Assembly (NCBI GenBank): GCA_000146045.2
Contig: BK006944.2
Span: 288,001-352,000, forward strand
Direction: 5' to 3'
DNA: 64,000 nucleotides
Source: TPA_inf: Saccharomyces
Taxonomy: Eukaryota
Shown: positions 8,430 through 19,284 of the stretch, in pieces
Layout of the letters: each line of letters opens with the position of its first letter
Position numbering within the stretch: the first letter of the stretch is position 1
Made by a program: the position numbers and the translations under genes
Notes under the pieces: model-generated
What the model was told of the DNA's origin: nothing
The model's input: the letters and a program-made list of their open reading frames with translations, nothing else
Databases searched by the model: none

Positions 8430-11075
8430 ATGCGAAACGTTTTAAGGCTTTTATTTTTAACAGCTTTTGTTGCTATAGGGTCTTTAGCAGCCGTTTTAGG
8501 TGTTGATTACGGTCAGCAAAATATCAAGGCCATTGTGGTTTCTCCGCAAGCCCCATTAGAACTTGTGCTCACACCAGAGGCAAAACGGAAGGAGATATCT
8601 GGTCTTTCGATAAAAAGATTACCAGGTTATGGAAAGGATGATCCGAATGGGATTGAAAGAATCTACGGTTCCGCTGTTGGCAGTTTAGCAACAAGGTTTC
8701 CCCAAAACACATTGTTGCATTTGAAACCGCTACTTGGGAAATCACTAGAAGATGAAACCACTGTAACTTTGTATTCAAAACAACACCCCGGTTTAGAAAT
8801 GGTATCAACAAATAGAAGTACCATAGCCTTTTTAGTTGATAATGTGGAATATCCATTGGAAGAGTTAGTGGCAATGAATGTCCAAGAGATTGCCAATAGA
8901 GCCAATTCACTGTTGAAGGATAGAGATGCAAGAACTGAGGACTTTGTAAACAAGATGAGTTTTACAATTCCTGACTTTTTTGACCAACATCAAAGGAAAG
9001 CACTTTTAGATGCCAGTTCAATAACCACAGGAATCGAAGAGACATATCTGGTTAGTGAAGGGATGTCTGTTGCAGTTAACTTTGTATTAAAGCAGCGCCA
9101 ATTTCCACCAGGTGAACAGCAGCATTATATCGTATATGACATGGGGAGCGGTTCTATTAAGGCCTCAATGTTCTCTATATTGCAGCCGGAGGACACTACT
9201 CAGCCCGTTACAATAGAATTTGAAGGATATGGGTATAATCCACATCTAGGTGGTGCAAAGTTTACAATGGATATTGGCAGTTTGATAGAGAATAAGTTTT
9301 TGGAAACACACCCAGCCATAAGAACTGATGAATTGCACGCTAATCCCAAGGCCTTAGCAAAAATCAACCAAGCAGCAGAGAAGGCAAAGTTAATTTTAAG
9401 CGCCAATTCTGAGGCAAGTATTAACATAGAATCACTGATCAACGATATTGATTTCCGTACTTCTATAACTAGACAGGAATTCGAAGAATTTATTGCAGAC
9501 TCGTTATTGGACATTGTCAAACCCATAAATGACGCTGTTACAAAACAATTCGGTGGCTATGGAACAAATTTACCTGAGATAAATGGGGTCATTTTGGCGG
9601 GAGGCTCTTCCCGAATTCCCATTGTGCAGGATCAATTAATCAAACTCGTATCCGAAGAAAAAGTGTTGAGAAATGTCAATGCTGATGAATCAGCTGTGAA
9701 TGGTGTTGTTATGAGAGGGATCAAGTTATCTAATTCGTTTAAGACCAAGCCGTTAAATGTTGTTGACCGTTCTGTAAATACTTATTCATTCAAATTATCA
9801 AACGAATCTGAACTGTATGATGTGTTCACGCGCGGAAGTGCTTATCCAAACAAAACATCTATTTTGACAAACACGACTGATTCGATTCCTAATAATTTTA
9901 CCATTGACTTATTTGAGAATGGTAAATTGTTCGAAACTATCACAGTTAATTCAGGAGCTATAAAGAATTCATATTCCTCTGATAAGTGCTCGTCAGGAGT
10001 TGCGTATAACATTACTTTCGACTTGTCCAGTGATAGATTATTCTCTATTCAAGAGGTTAACTGCATTTGTCAGAGCGAAAATGACATAGGTAACTCCAAG
10101 CAAATTAAGAACAAAGGCAGCCGTTTGGCTTTTACTTCTGAGGATGTTGAGATCAAAAGGCTTTCTCCTTCAGAACGTTCGCGTTTGCATGAGCATATCA
10201 AGTTGCTCGATAAACAGGATAAGGAAAGATTTCAATTCCAAGAAAATTTAAACGTTCTTGAAAGTAACTTGTATGATGCTAGAAACCTGCTAATGGATGA
10301 TGAAGTTATGCAAAATGGACCAAAATCCCAAGTAGAAGAGTTATCGGAGATGGTTAAAGTATATTTGGATTGGCTCGAAGATGCATCCTTTGATACTGAC
10401 CCTGAGGATATAGTTAGCAGAATTAGAGAAATTGGAATATTAAAAAAGAAAATAGAACTTTACATGGATTCTGCAAAGGAACCTTTGAACTCTCAACAAT
10501 TTAAAGGAATGCTTGAAGAAGGCCATAAGTTACTTCAGGCTATAGAAACCCATAAGAATACCGTTGAAGAATTTTTGAGTCAATTTGAAACCGAGTTTGC
10601 GGATACCATAGATAATGTTAGAGAAGAATTTAAAAAGATTAAGCAACCAGCGTATGTGTCGAAGGCGTTATCTACATGGGAGGAAACCTTAACCTCTTTT
10701 AAAAATTCCATTAGCGAAATAGAGAAGTTCCTGGCAAAAAACCTATTTGGCGAAGACCTTCGTGAACATTTATTTGAAATCAAATTACAATTTGATATGT
10801 ATCGTACGAAACTAGAGGAAAAACTGCGTTTAATAAAAAGCGGTGATGAAAGTCGCTTAAATGAAATAAAGAAGTTACATTTAAGAAACTTCCGCCTACA
10901 AAAGAGAAAGGAGGAAAAGTTGAAAAGAAAGCTTGAACAGGAAAAAAGCAGAAACAACAATGAAACAGAATCGACAGTAATCAACTCGGCTGACGATAAA
11001 ACTACTATTGTCAATGACAAGACCACCGAGTCGAATCCAAGTTCTGAGGAAGACATTTTGCATGATGAATTATAG
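8430..11075 (+). CDS. LHS1: ER-lumenal Hsp70-family chaperone / nucleotide exchange factor (GRP170 homolog)
   Basis: Hsp70-type ATPase motifs (DLGGGT-like 'VYDMGSGS', 'ILAGGSSRIP'). An ER signal peptide begins at the second Met (MRNVLRLLFLTAFVAIGSLAAVLG) and the protein ends in the ER-retention tetrapeptide HDEL. That gives 881 aa, matching LHS1. A UPRE core lies upstream. Confidence 0.92.
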   Translation: MRNVLRLLFLTAFVAIGSLAAVLGVDYGQQNIKAIVVSPQAPLELVLTPEAKRKEISGLSIKRLPGYGKDDPNGIERIYGSAVGSLATRFPQNTLLHLKPLLGKSLEDETTVTLYSKQHPGLEMVSTNRSTIAFLVDNVEYPLEELVAMNVQEIANRANSLLKDRDARTEDFVNKMSFTIPDFFDQHQRKALLDASSITTGIEETYLVSEGMSVAVNFVLKQRQFPPGEQQHYIVYDMGSGSIKASMFSILQPEDTTQPVTIEFEGYGYNPHLGGAKFTMDIGSLIENKFLETHPAIRTDELHANPKALAKINQAAEKAKLILSANSEASINIESLINDIDFRTSITRQEFEEFIADSLLDIVKPINDAVTKQFGGYGTNLPEINGVILAGGSSRIPIVQDQLIKLVSEEKVLRNVNADESAVNGVVMRGIKLSNSFKTKPLNVVDRSVNTYSFKLSNESELYDVFTRGSAYPNKTSILTNTTDSIPNNFTIDLFENGKLFETITVNSGAIKNSYSSDKCSSGVAYNITFDLSSDRLFSIQEVNCICQSENDIGNSKQIKNKGSRLAFTSEDVEIKRLSPSERSRLHEHIKLLDKQDKERFQFQENLNVLESNLYDARNLLMDDEVMQNGPKSQVEELSEMVKVYLDWLEDASFDTDPEDIVSRIREIGILKKKIELYMDSAKEPLNSQQFKGMLEEGHKLLQAIETHKNTVEEFLSQFETEFADTIDNVREEFKKIKQPAYVSKALSTWEETLTSFKNSISEIEKFLAKNLFGEDLREHLFEIKLQFDMYRTKLEEKLRLIKSGDESRLNEIKKLHLRNFRLQKRKEEKLKRKLEQEKSRNNNETESTVINSADDKTTIVNDKTTESNPSSEEDILHDEL

Positions 11076-11581
11076 AAGAATCTTTATAATATATAGCACT
11101 AGATTTATTTTCCGATATCAAATTCAGTTACTTATATAAAGTTAACCACTTGTTACTTCTTTTTTCGCAGCGATAACGGTAACTATTATTGTTAGCTCTG
11201 TTTATGCGGAAAGGTTATATGATCTTCGGTGCAAGATTTAGTGCCCTATTTAGTCACCCGGACATCTATTGTTTGATGGTGGGGCAATTTCGAGAGATGA
11301 CTTATTTAAGCATAAGACAGATAATAATGCATAGAAGGTGGATATACGTAATGCACATTAATATTATAGTGGCACTGAAGCAAAATTCAGAAAAATTTAA
11401 AAACATATAAATATAAAAGAAAAAAAAGAAGAATTTCGAGACTGCTACGAAAAGTGAAAGTAATAACAAGCGTGCAAAAGTTCATAATATCCATAATAGA
11501 TTGGACATAGAAATTACCGCAAAGCGCAAAGAGTTATCATTCGTACGATTTTGAAAAATAATATATTTGCTGGGGGAAAAA

Positions 11582-13882
11582 ATGCAACTGGAAGCCACTC
11601 ATCAGAAAGAAAACCACCTGTCTCCTTTGGCTAGCTTCATTTTTCCAGACTTCAGGGCATTGTTCAACATAGGGTTTAATTTATATTCTAATATAAACTA
11701 CAAAGAAGTAGATATTAATGGATTTGAAATTTACATTGTCGAACAATGGGCTGCCCAGAGAAAAATATCAACTCTAATCACTTCATATACGGGCAACTTA
11801 CAAGACACCATATCTGCAGTAGAGGTTGCTCTTCCCGAAGATCCTGAGGAATGGCCATGTTGTTTGAAGAAATACCATGAAGAATTGTTGAAGTTTTCTA
11901 GTCCAAAAAAGACTGCCAAAGGAACTTTATTTGTTACAAACCTTTCTTCTTTCAAATCTACGCTAAACTTATTGCATGTTGAGTGTGGTAATCTAAAGAA
12001 AATCTGGAAAAACTTCAAAACCAACTACGACCTAAAGAGATTACATTGTGGTGGTCGTTCAGCTCAGCTGTTAAAAAAGACACCTAGTGCCTCAATAGCG
12101 AAGTTTGCACAGTTATATAAATTTCCGAATTCAGCTTTTTCTCATGAAATAACGTCGGATTTCCAACAACCTTCTCTTCAGAATGACAACAGCTCAATAA
12201 GTAGCATAGAAAATATTCCTGTTAATCATTGCCCTGTGGTAGAACTAACTACCCTCGTGCAAATATCACTTAGTTATTTTGCGCTGTTTGAATACAAGAA
12301 GGAGAGAGATGGTCTCTTATGCAATGGAACGAAACAATCCCTTGAAAAATGGTGGGAAATATATGGGAAACGATACCACGGCATTGATAAGCCGAAGAAT
12401 GAAACGATCCTTGGTCCGACTACGGTGGCATCACTACTTAGTCTTGTATTGACTTGTTACTTCAAATTAATGGTAGAAGATTGCATGTCAGCAAAAGATC
12501 CGTTTGATGAAGAAGAGTTTTATTCTGGTCTTTATGCATTTCAAAAGAAATACGGCCTATCCAAAAACAATAAACAGACCTCCTTAGACGAACTAACAAT
12601 TGATAAATTATTTGAAGTATCTTCCAAGACTTCAAACAAAGATATTTTCAAGTTTAAAAAGGTTGTGAAGTCAACTGTTCAAGACATGACTGGCAAAGGA
12701 AACTTTATGCATCTATCCAATGAGATCCTAACAACTGATTTAGATACCCTGGTAAAGAATATACACGGTGGATCCCTTGGTAAGCTCTGGAAAGGGAGAA
12801 GTGCTTCGAGAAAGGAAACATGCATGGTTTGGGAAAGAAAAACCTTTCTAAGTTTCAAGTTTGAACGTGGAGATCCATCCTTACAATTGGAAAATAATGA
12901 GCTGTTTTATGGTACGAGTGTGCCAAGTGAACAGTTAACGACTTCCAATAAGGAGGACAGTGATACGCAACCCACAAAGAGAAATAGTATATATGATATT
13001 GCCAATGGCTCCAAATCATCGCTATCTATCTCATCCATGTTCTGTAATTATGATGAAACCCGTTACAAAAGTACCAACAACCTTAATAGAGCCTATAGGG
13101 GGGAGTATTTTAGGCGCAATTCGATCCCATTTTGTAACGATGGTATACACGATACTAAAAAAATATCTGCTGATCTTAATAAGATAGATGGATTGTATCG
13201 TTGCAATTCATATTCTGAGGTACAAAACGCAATAGAGCTGTGGAGCTTGCCATTCGATTCATCAGTCATCAGATTAGCAAGAGACTTACTTAAGATACAA
13301 AGTCTAATGTCAGTTCAACGTCAGCTCGATGAAATACGTGACGGATATCTGGGAAAAAATTCACAAAGATCATACCAGAATGATCTGATGTTTAGACAAA
13401 GCTTGAACAAATTGCAGGAAATGTGTGAGAGATGTAAGAGAGGTTCTAACGAATTTCACTGGGAATATGGTAACATGCAAAACAAACAGCAAATTTTGGA
13501 GAGTGAGAAAAAAGATATGAAATCACTTTCTTCGAAACTGAAATATAACGTTCGTATCCTAGATAGACGTGTAAGAGATGTTGAAGCCAGCGTAGATCAT
13601 TTTGATCGCAAGTTAGAGGATGTTAGAAAAAAGCTTCTGGAGCAAAATAATAGTAAAGACATATCTATGGCCTTAGAAAGTCCTTGTGATAAATTTGAAT
13701 TTGACAGTTTTATGGACTCTATAGTGCAGTCCCAACAGACTAAATATGAAGGGCTGTGTTTTAAAATTTTAGACAAGAAAAGTCTTCGAAAGTTAAAAAA
13801 GGAATTCTGGAAATGGAGCACCTGGACATTCGATACCTTCTTATACAAAAATAGGCCCAATAAGGAGAAAGATACACTATGA
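11582..13882 (+). CDS. STB6: Sin3-binding protein Stb6
   Basis: The track ORF is 771 aa. The second Met (MQLEAT...) gives 766 aa, matching STB6 (YKL072W). It is adjacent to LHS1 as on chrXI. Confidence 0.8.
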   Translation: MQLEATHQKENHLSPLASFIFPDFRALFNIGFNLYSNINYKEVDINGFEIYIVEQWAAQRKISTLITSYTGNLQDTISAVEVALPEDPEEWPCCLKKYHEELLKFSSPKKTAKGTLFVTNLSSFKSTLNLLHVECGNLKKIWKNFKTNYDLKRLHCGGRSAQLLKKTPSASIAKFAQLYKFPNSAFSHEITSDFQQPSLQNDNSSISSIENIPVNHCPVVELTTLVQISLSYFALFEYKKERDGLLCNGTKQSLEKWWEIYGKRYHGIDKPKNETILGPTTVASLLSLVLTCYFKLMVEDCMSAKDPFDEEEFYSGLYAFQKKYGLSKNNKQTSLDELTIDKLFEVSSKTSNKDIFKFKKVVKSTVQDMTGKGNFMHLSNEILTTDLDTLVKNIHGGSLGKLWKGRSASRKETCMVWERKTFLSFKFERGDPSLQLENNELFYGTSVPSEQLTTSNKEDSDTQPTKRNSIYDIANGSKSSLSISSMFCNYDETRYKSTNNLNRAYRGEYFRRNSIPFCNDGIHDTKKISADLNKIDGLYRCNSYSEVQNAIELWSLPFDSSVIRLARDLLKIQSLMSVQRQLDEIRDGYLGKNSQRSYQNDLMFRQSLNKLQEMCERCKRGSNEFHWEYGNMQNKQQILESEKKDMKSLSSKLKYNVRILDRRVRDVEASVDHFDRKLEDVRKKLLEQNNSKDISMALESPCDKFEFDSFMDSIVQSQQTKYEGLCFKILDKKSLRKLKKEFWKWSTWTFDTFLYKNRPNKEKDTL

Positions 13883-14204
13883 AAGCTTCCTCATTTCGTT
13901 ACTGCTGTTGCAGATCTATTAAATCAGACAATGCATAAGATACACTAATTTCCTGGAGAGCCATATACTTATAGATATTATAAAAATTCGTAATTTTAAG
14001 AATTCTGCCATTTGAGGGATGCATATTTAATTTCCTGGGAGAACTGTATATTTATGGTTGATCTTTGGGGACAGTTAGCTATTTTCTTCTTTCACATTAT
14101 AGATGTCACATAGACTTCCTTCCTTTTTACGGAATAAGCCCACTGAAATTTTTAAGGAAGCTCCAGCTCATTATGCTCTCGTTCTTCTGTTCTGAGTTTC
14201 GAGA

Positions 14205-14334
14205 AATACTACGAATTATTGAGAAAATGAAAATCAACTATCATTTATCGATCAGTACATATAAGGTGAAAAGAGAAGGTAATAGCATTATGTAAAATAT
14301 TGGTGTCCTATATTCTCGAGGAAAACTTCTAGTG
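14205..14334 (+). mobile_element. Degenerate, internally deleted Ty LTR fragment (delta-like)
   Basis: 'gaaaatgaaaatcaactatcat...' resembles a delta 5' end (AATCAACTATCATCTAC). '...tcctatattctcgaggaaaacttctagt' resembles the delta 3' portion (TCCTATATCCTCGAGGAGAACTTCTAGT). The middle is missing. Confidence 0.4.
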
Positions 14335-14625
14335 GATTCCATTGTTGATGAAGGCTATAACATTAGGTATACAGAATATACTAGAAGTGCCTCCTCGAGG
14401 ATCTAGGAATACTCAAAATCTATATTTCTACATAAAAATATTACATATTATTCCTCGTTCCGTTTTATAGGTTTCATTATTACATTATCTATCCTTGCAT
14501 TTCAGCTTCCCCTGACTTCGATGACAGCTTCTCATAACTTATGTCATCATCTTAACACCGTATATGATAATATATTGATAGTATGACTATTAGTTGATAG
14601 ACAATAGTGGATTTTTATTCCAACA
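14335..14625 (-). mobile_element. Solo Ty LTR (delta/tau family; the 5' end looks more tau-like, i.e. Ty4) inserted upstream of tRNA-Trp
   Basis: The reverse complement begins TGTTGGAATAAAAATCCACTAT...ATATTATCATATACGGTGTTAAGATGATGACATAAG and contains ...GAAGCTGAAATGCAAGGATAG...GATTCCTA...CCTCGAGGA..GAACTTCTAGTATATTCTGTATACCTAATGTTATAGCCTTCATCAACAATGGAATC. It lies about 290 bp 5' of the tRNA gene, a typical Ty target zone. Confidence 0.7.
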
Positions 14626-14917
14626 GTTTCATACTTATTTAAATGTTTAGGTTGATATATTGGTAATGATATGTTATCTTACTCTGAGATGCAACATATA
14701 TGCTACATACTGAACTCATTTATCCAATATTAAATTAAGAGATTGGTGAATTTTGAGGTATTTGTTGGCAGATCTAAACTTCATCATGCTCTTCTTTTTC
14801 TATGTATCTAATCTTGTATTTTATCTTCATAGAACACTGTTATCTCTGCTCTTTTCAGATATAGTCGTCATTGTTTGAGGTGATCTATCCTATTTTAAAA
14901 CGTGAATATTCCAAGAT

Positions 14918-15023
14918 GAAGCGGTGGCTCAATGGTAGAGCTTTCGACTCCAATTAAATCTTGGAAATTCCACGGAATAAGATTGCAATCGAAGGGTTGC
15001 AGGTTCAATTCCTGTCCGTTTCA
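14918..15023 (+). tRNA. tW(CCA)K: tRNA-Trp (anticodon CCA) with 34-nt intron (about 14954..14987)
   Basis: GAAGCGGTGGCTCAATGGTAGAGCTTTCGACTCCAA[intron]ATCGAAGGGTTGCAGGTTCAATTCCTGTCCGTTTCA has A-box and B-box (GGTTCAATTCC) elements and a downstream T-run terminator. The intron sits one nt 3' of the anticodon, as in yeast tRNA-Trp. Confidence 0.93.
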
Positions 15024-16882
15024 TTTTCTTTTTTTGCCATACATTTAGCGCTCCACACTCTAAATAAAGTATTTCTTCTTTTCTTGAAAATGATGTACTT
15101 AGGTTGATGAAATAGCCTCAGTTACTGGAATTTCCTTACCTTTGTCGTGTTACTGATAGTATATCTTAATCATTATTTCTTGTTTCAATCTGGATTTTGA
15201 TTTGCGCGGCATATCGTTACCGCCTTTTGCATATTATAAATGGCTTATATAAGTATACAGCAACTTTCATATATTATAGATAGGTAATTGCCTCCACATC
15301 GAATCACATAGGATAAAGAACCGACTTCCTGCCGCGAATTTAGAGTTTTCACGTTATGTGACCATCTCAATTTTTAGAATATTTGCTAAGCCACTTGCTA
15401 TTAAAACTTCATGGACAGGCCCCAGTATTATCGCAATAATACTGGAAACATCAACGAATGCTATAATAATGCGCATTTACTTTGGGCAAAAGAACTATTT
15501 AAAATTACGCATTACGTAGTTTATTTTGACATTATGATCATAAACATGCGCAAATCCTAAGATCGTGAATTACCTCTACTGCGAGAATACAAATTATAAC
15601 ATATGACTAACGTTACACAACATTGTATTACATTTCTGACTAATTTGAAGTCTGGGAGTTAATTGTAGTAGCCTACTAAATAGCGCGGTTATTTATAAAG
15701 CTAACATTACCATGTTACATGACATGCTATTTCTAGCGAGGTAAAAGCATTGCTCCGGCTTTTCGAAGATAAGTATTCCTTCAATTTCCAAATGTCACAA
15801 CATAAAATTTTGATTTGCGTTATCTCTCGTTCTCTTTAATCACTACAATAGCATCAACCAAGTCAATAAAACATGTTGTGAAGAGACTACGCAGACGTGA
15901 CGGTCATCTAGCAACTCTCCATCTTTTGATGCAGCCATCCACAGTTTATCGTGAGTTATGGCAAAATCCAAAAATGTACCGTACCATTTCCTCTTTAATC
16001 CTGTATTCAATAAGCAAGTTCCCCATTTCAATTGATCTACACATCACTGCGCGTTAAAGCGCACCTAATTTATTCGGTAGGAAACAGAAATAGTCTGCAA
16101 AGTCATTCAAGCACCTTTCTTTACCAAATGAAAGGATTTAATAGTACCTATGAAACAATAGTTCGAACTTTTGCCATTTCCCGGTTTTTTTGGCCAGCTT
16201 GTATAAAAGTGCACCTTACCCTTATATTGGGCTCTTATTGAATGCCTTCCGAAGAACTGACTATTCAAAAAATAGAAACAAGTACGTCAATAAAAAATTT
16301 TGCAATTCTACGAATAATTATTCCTGTTTCTTTAACCTGGTAAAAAAAAGTACAAACACTTAAGCTTTTTGAAACAGCTTTATTTTGCTTCATTAAATAG
16401 CTAGGATAAGAAATCCCTCATCCGAAAGGTTTTGTATCTAACTACCCTAGAGAACATTTGTCCTGATCAGGTTCATTTGGAGTTTATATTTTTTAGAAGC
16501 TCAAAGTTTGTTGGACTCATTACCATGGAAGAAAAAAAGAAGATACTACGAAATATTGGTTTCTCAGGTTAAATAAGGGACACCATTTTCCTATTAGGCT
16601 AGTCGAGCTTAGTTCTTCTAATTTCTTCAGATCTTCTATAATTTCCTATCTTCTACCTGATGTGTGCATGATATATCTATGAGCTCCTGATATTGCTTGT
16701 TTTACTTTAGCTTGCATGACTTGCAATAATCTAATCATATATGTTCCCGATTAATATACTGTGCACAAATTGCAGGACATATAATTTTTCCGTGGATTAT
16801 ATCTTCGATTAACGTCCGCGGGTCTCATAAAAAGCAAACCAACTTCGCAATTCCCTAGAAATACCTCAATAGAAAGTTATTT

Positions 16883-16972
16883 GTAATGAGATTAGTAATG
16901 AGATTAGCAATGAGATTAGTAATGAGATTAGTAATGAGATTAGTAATGTGATTAGTAATGCATAGCGGTATA
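16883..16972. repeat. 12-bp minisatellite (GTAATGAGATTA)x7.5; junctions create tandem Yap1-type TTAGTAA elements
   Basis: Seven consecutive 12-bp units plus a partial unit. One unit is GCAATGAGATTA, one is GTAATGTGATTA and the rest are identical. It is about 140-230 bp upstream of the YKL071W ATG. Confidence 0.95.
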
Positions 16973-17113
16973 AATGGTAGTACTAATAAGTAAGATAGTA
17001 TACCAGTTATAATAAATAGGCGGCGATGCTTCAAAACTAATTTTTGACGTTTTTAAGAATAAAGCCTTTACCAGTGGCATAAATCAGTAGAATTCTAAGC
17101 AAACAAAGTCGAT

Positions 17114-17884
17114 ATGAATACTTCATCAAGAATAACTTACTTTATCATCGGTGGTAGCCGTGGAATTGGTTTTAATTTGGTCAAAATTTTAAGCGCTTCT
17201 ACGGGCAATACAGTTATAACCTCTATTCGTGGATCACCTTCATTACCCAAGAACAAACAAGTGGAAGATTTAGCAAAAATCAGGAAGAATATCCATATTG
17301 TCCAACTTGACCTTACAAAGGACGAAAGTATTGGCAATATTGCGGACGAGATCAAGAAAACGCCATTCTTCTTGGGTATTGATATTTTTATCGCATGTTC
17401 TGCAGTATCTGATTCTTATTACAAGGTCCTGGAAACTCCCAAATCAGTCTGGCTCAACCATTATAGCACAAACGCTCTGGGTCCGATACTAGCCCTTCAA
17501 AAAGTTTATCCACTGCTTCTTTTGAAAAAGACGAGGAAGATATTCTTTATCTCTAGTGTTGCAGGATCTATCAATGCGTTTGTACCACTTTCTGTTTCCG
17601 CTTATGGTCAATCGAAAGCTGCCTTGAATTATGCGGTAAAGACGCTCAGTTTTGAATTGAAACCGGAGGGTTTTACTGTCGTTGCTTTTCACCCAGGTAT
17701 GGTATCTACTGATATGGGCCAATATGGCCTTGATCATTTTAAAGAGAAGAATATAGACATCAGCGGCGTAAATATTATCACACCAGAAGAAAGTGCCTCT
17801 GCGCTAATTGATGTCTTCCGAAAAATTTTACCAGAAGATAATGGAAAGTTCTTCAACTATGACGGCAGCGAAGGCGTCTTTTAG
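17114..17884 (+). CDS. YKL071W: Short-chain dehydrogenase/reductase family protein (NAD(P)-binding Rossmann fold)
   Basis: N-terminal GxxxGxG-type motif (IIGGSRGIG) and a YGQSK catalytic motif (Y-x3-K). 256 aa, matching YKL071W. Confidence 0.88.
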   Translation: MNTSSRITYFIIGGSRGIGFNLVKILSASTGNTVITSIRGSPSLPKNKQVEDLAKIRKNIHIVQLDLTKDESIGNIADEIKKTPFFLGIDIFIACSAVSDSYYKVLETPKSVWLNHYSTNALGPILALQKVYPLLLLKKTRKIFFISSVAGSINAFVPLSVSAYGQSKAALNYAVKTLSFELKPEGFTVVAFHPGMVSTDMGQYGLDHFKEKNIDISGVNIITPEESASALIDVFRKILPEDNGKFFNYDGSEGVF

Positions 17885-18210
17885 ATAAGTGCAAATTTGG
17901 CTACTTATATACAACTCAGATACGGAATATACCTTTGTGTAATACACTTTTTTATTGGTAGGTGCTATATGATGTGACTTTGCTTTTGCCTCACGCCCCT
18001 TTAAGAAGGTATTTTGTGGCATCACTTTGTATGCTGATCTTTTAACGCTTAACCAGATTTGAAACTATCTCTATTATGTCCTCTGATTTTAATTAGGATG
18101 GTATATAACTGGTCCTAGAACCGAAGATTCTGCATATTCGCCGAAAACCATCCCTTAATATTATAGACATAAATTGCCAGTCTGAGAAGAATCCAAGAAT
18201 CTATTTCATA

Positions 18211-18720
18211 ATGTACATTCCTAAACATTTTGAGTCCATGGAACTCTCAAGGTACAAATTATCAAAAAAACCCCCGCTAGGAACACTATTCTCCTCTAAG
18301 GCTAGCAGGCAAGGTTTCTTCGGATGGAGAACTTCTTCCAATAAAGATGACCCCGATTTTGGTATGTGCGCATCACATATTCCATTTGTATTCGTGGAGT
18401 TCGATAATGGAGAGCATAAACTTATTGCACATTTAGCACGGAAGAATAAACATGTGGAAATGCTGGAAAGAGTTCAAAAATGCTTAGTGGTATTTCAGAG
18501 CGTCGATTCATACATTTCTCCGGCGTGGTTCCCAATGAAGAAAAAGACCCATAAGTTCGTACCAACATGGGATTTTGCCGCTGTGCACGTTTACGGTACA
18601 CCAAGGATTATCCGCGACGATAAAGACTGGCTTATTAATATGTTATCAACTTTGACTGACCAAGAAGAAGAGAAAAGACCTGAGGGGGAAAATGTACGAA
18701 GTAAAGTGGAGCGTTTCTGA
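18211..18720 (+). CDS. YKL070W: Small protein of unknown function YKL070W (putative FMN-binding split-barrel-like)
   Basis: 169-aa ORF at the position and length expected for YKL070W. No strong motif recognised beyond that. Confidence 0.7.
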   Translation: MYIPKHFESMELSRYKLSKKPPLGTLFSSKASRQGFFGWRTSSNKDDPDFGMCASHIPFVFVEFDNGEHKLIAHLARKNKHVEMLERVQKCLVVFQSVDSYISPAWFPMKKKTHKFVPTWDFAAVHVYGTPRIIRDDKDWLINMLSTLTDQEEEKRPEGENVRSKVERF

Positions 18721-19284
18721 TGCCCCAGATTATTATATCAATGCTATGCTTCAAAACATTGTCGGGCTTGAAATCAGTATTACCCATATTCAATCAAAGT
18801 TCAAATTCGACCAAAATAAATCACAGATTAATGTTGAAGGCATATGTTGAAAATTCAAAGAATTTGGTGGAGAAAGAGGCCAAGAAATGGCTCGCCTTGT
18901 AAAAGATAACTATCCAGGTAGCTTATAAGTTTTGTATTTTCTCTGCGCATTAAATATCAATAATTATTTATTCGTTTTCATTCTTTTCTTATCTTATCTT
19001 TTAATATTGACTTAACAGAGGGCAAGGCCCACCGTGATGCAGAAAGAACACAAACGCAAAGGTTTACCTATTCCCTGCAGTTAGAAAACCATGTTTGGAG
19101 GAAATGAAGAAAGATATTTACAGTTGAGTTTACAACGAAGTATTATCCTTTTTAACGAACGCTAATATCATCGGTTTCTTCATGTTTATATGATGACGAT
19201 TTTCCCAAATGTAAGCAAACAAAGGCGTTTGCTGATAAAACAAATCCGTAAATTAGAAAAAAAAACAAAAAAAAACAAACAGAT

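Noticed and set aside
15815-16241. Small ORFs of 62-80 aa in the tRNA-Trp / YKL071W gap
   Set aside because: They are short and AT-rich, with no domain and no codon bias. They are more likely promoter or intergenic DNA.
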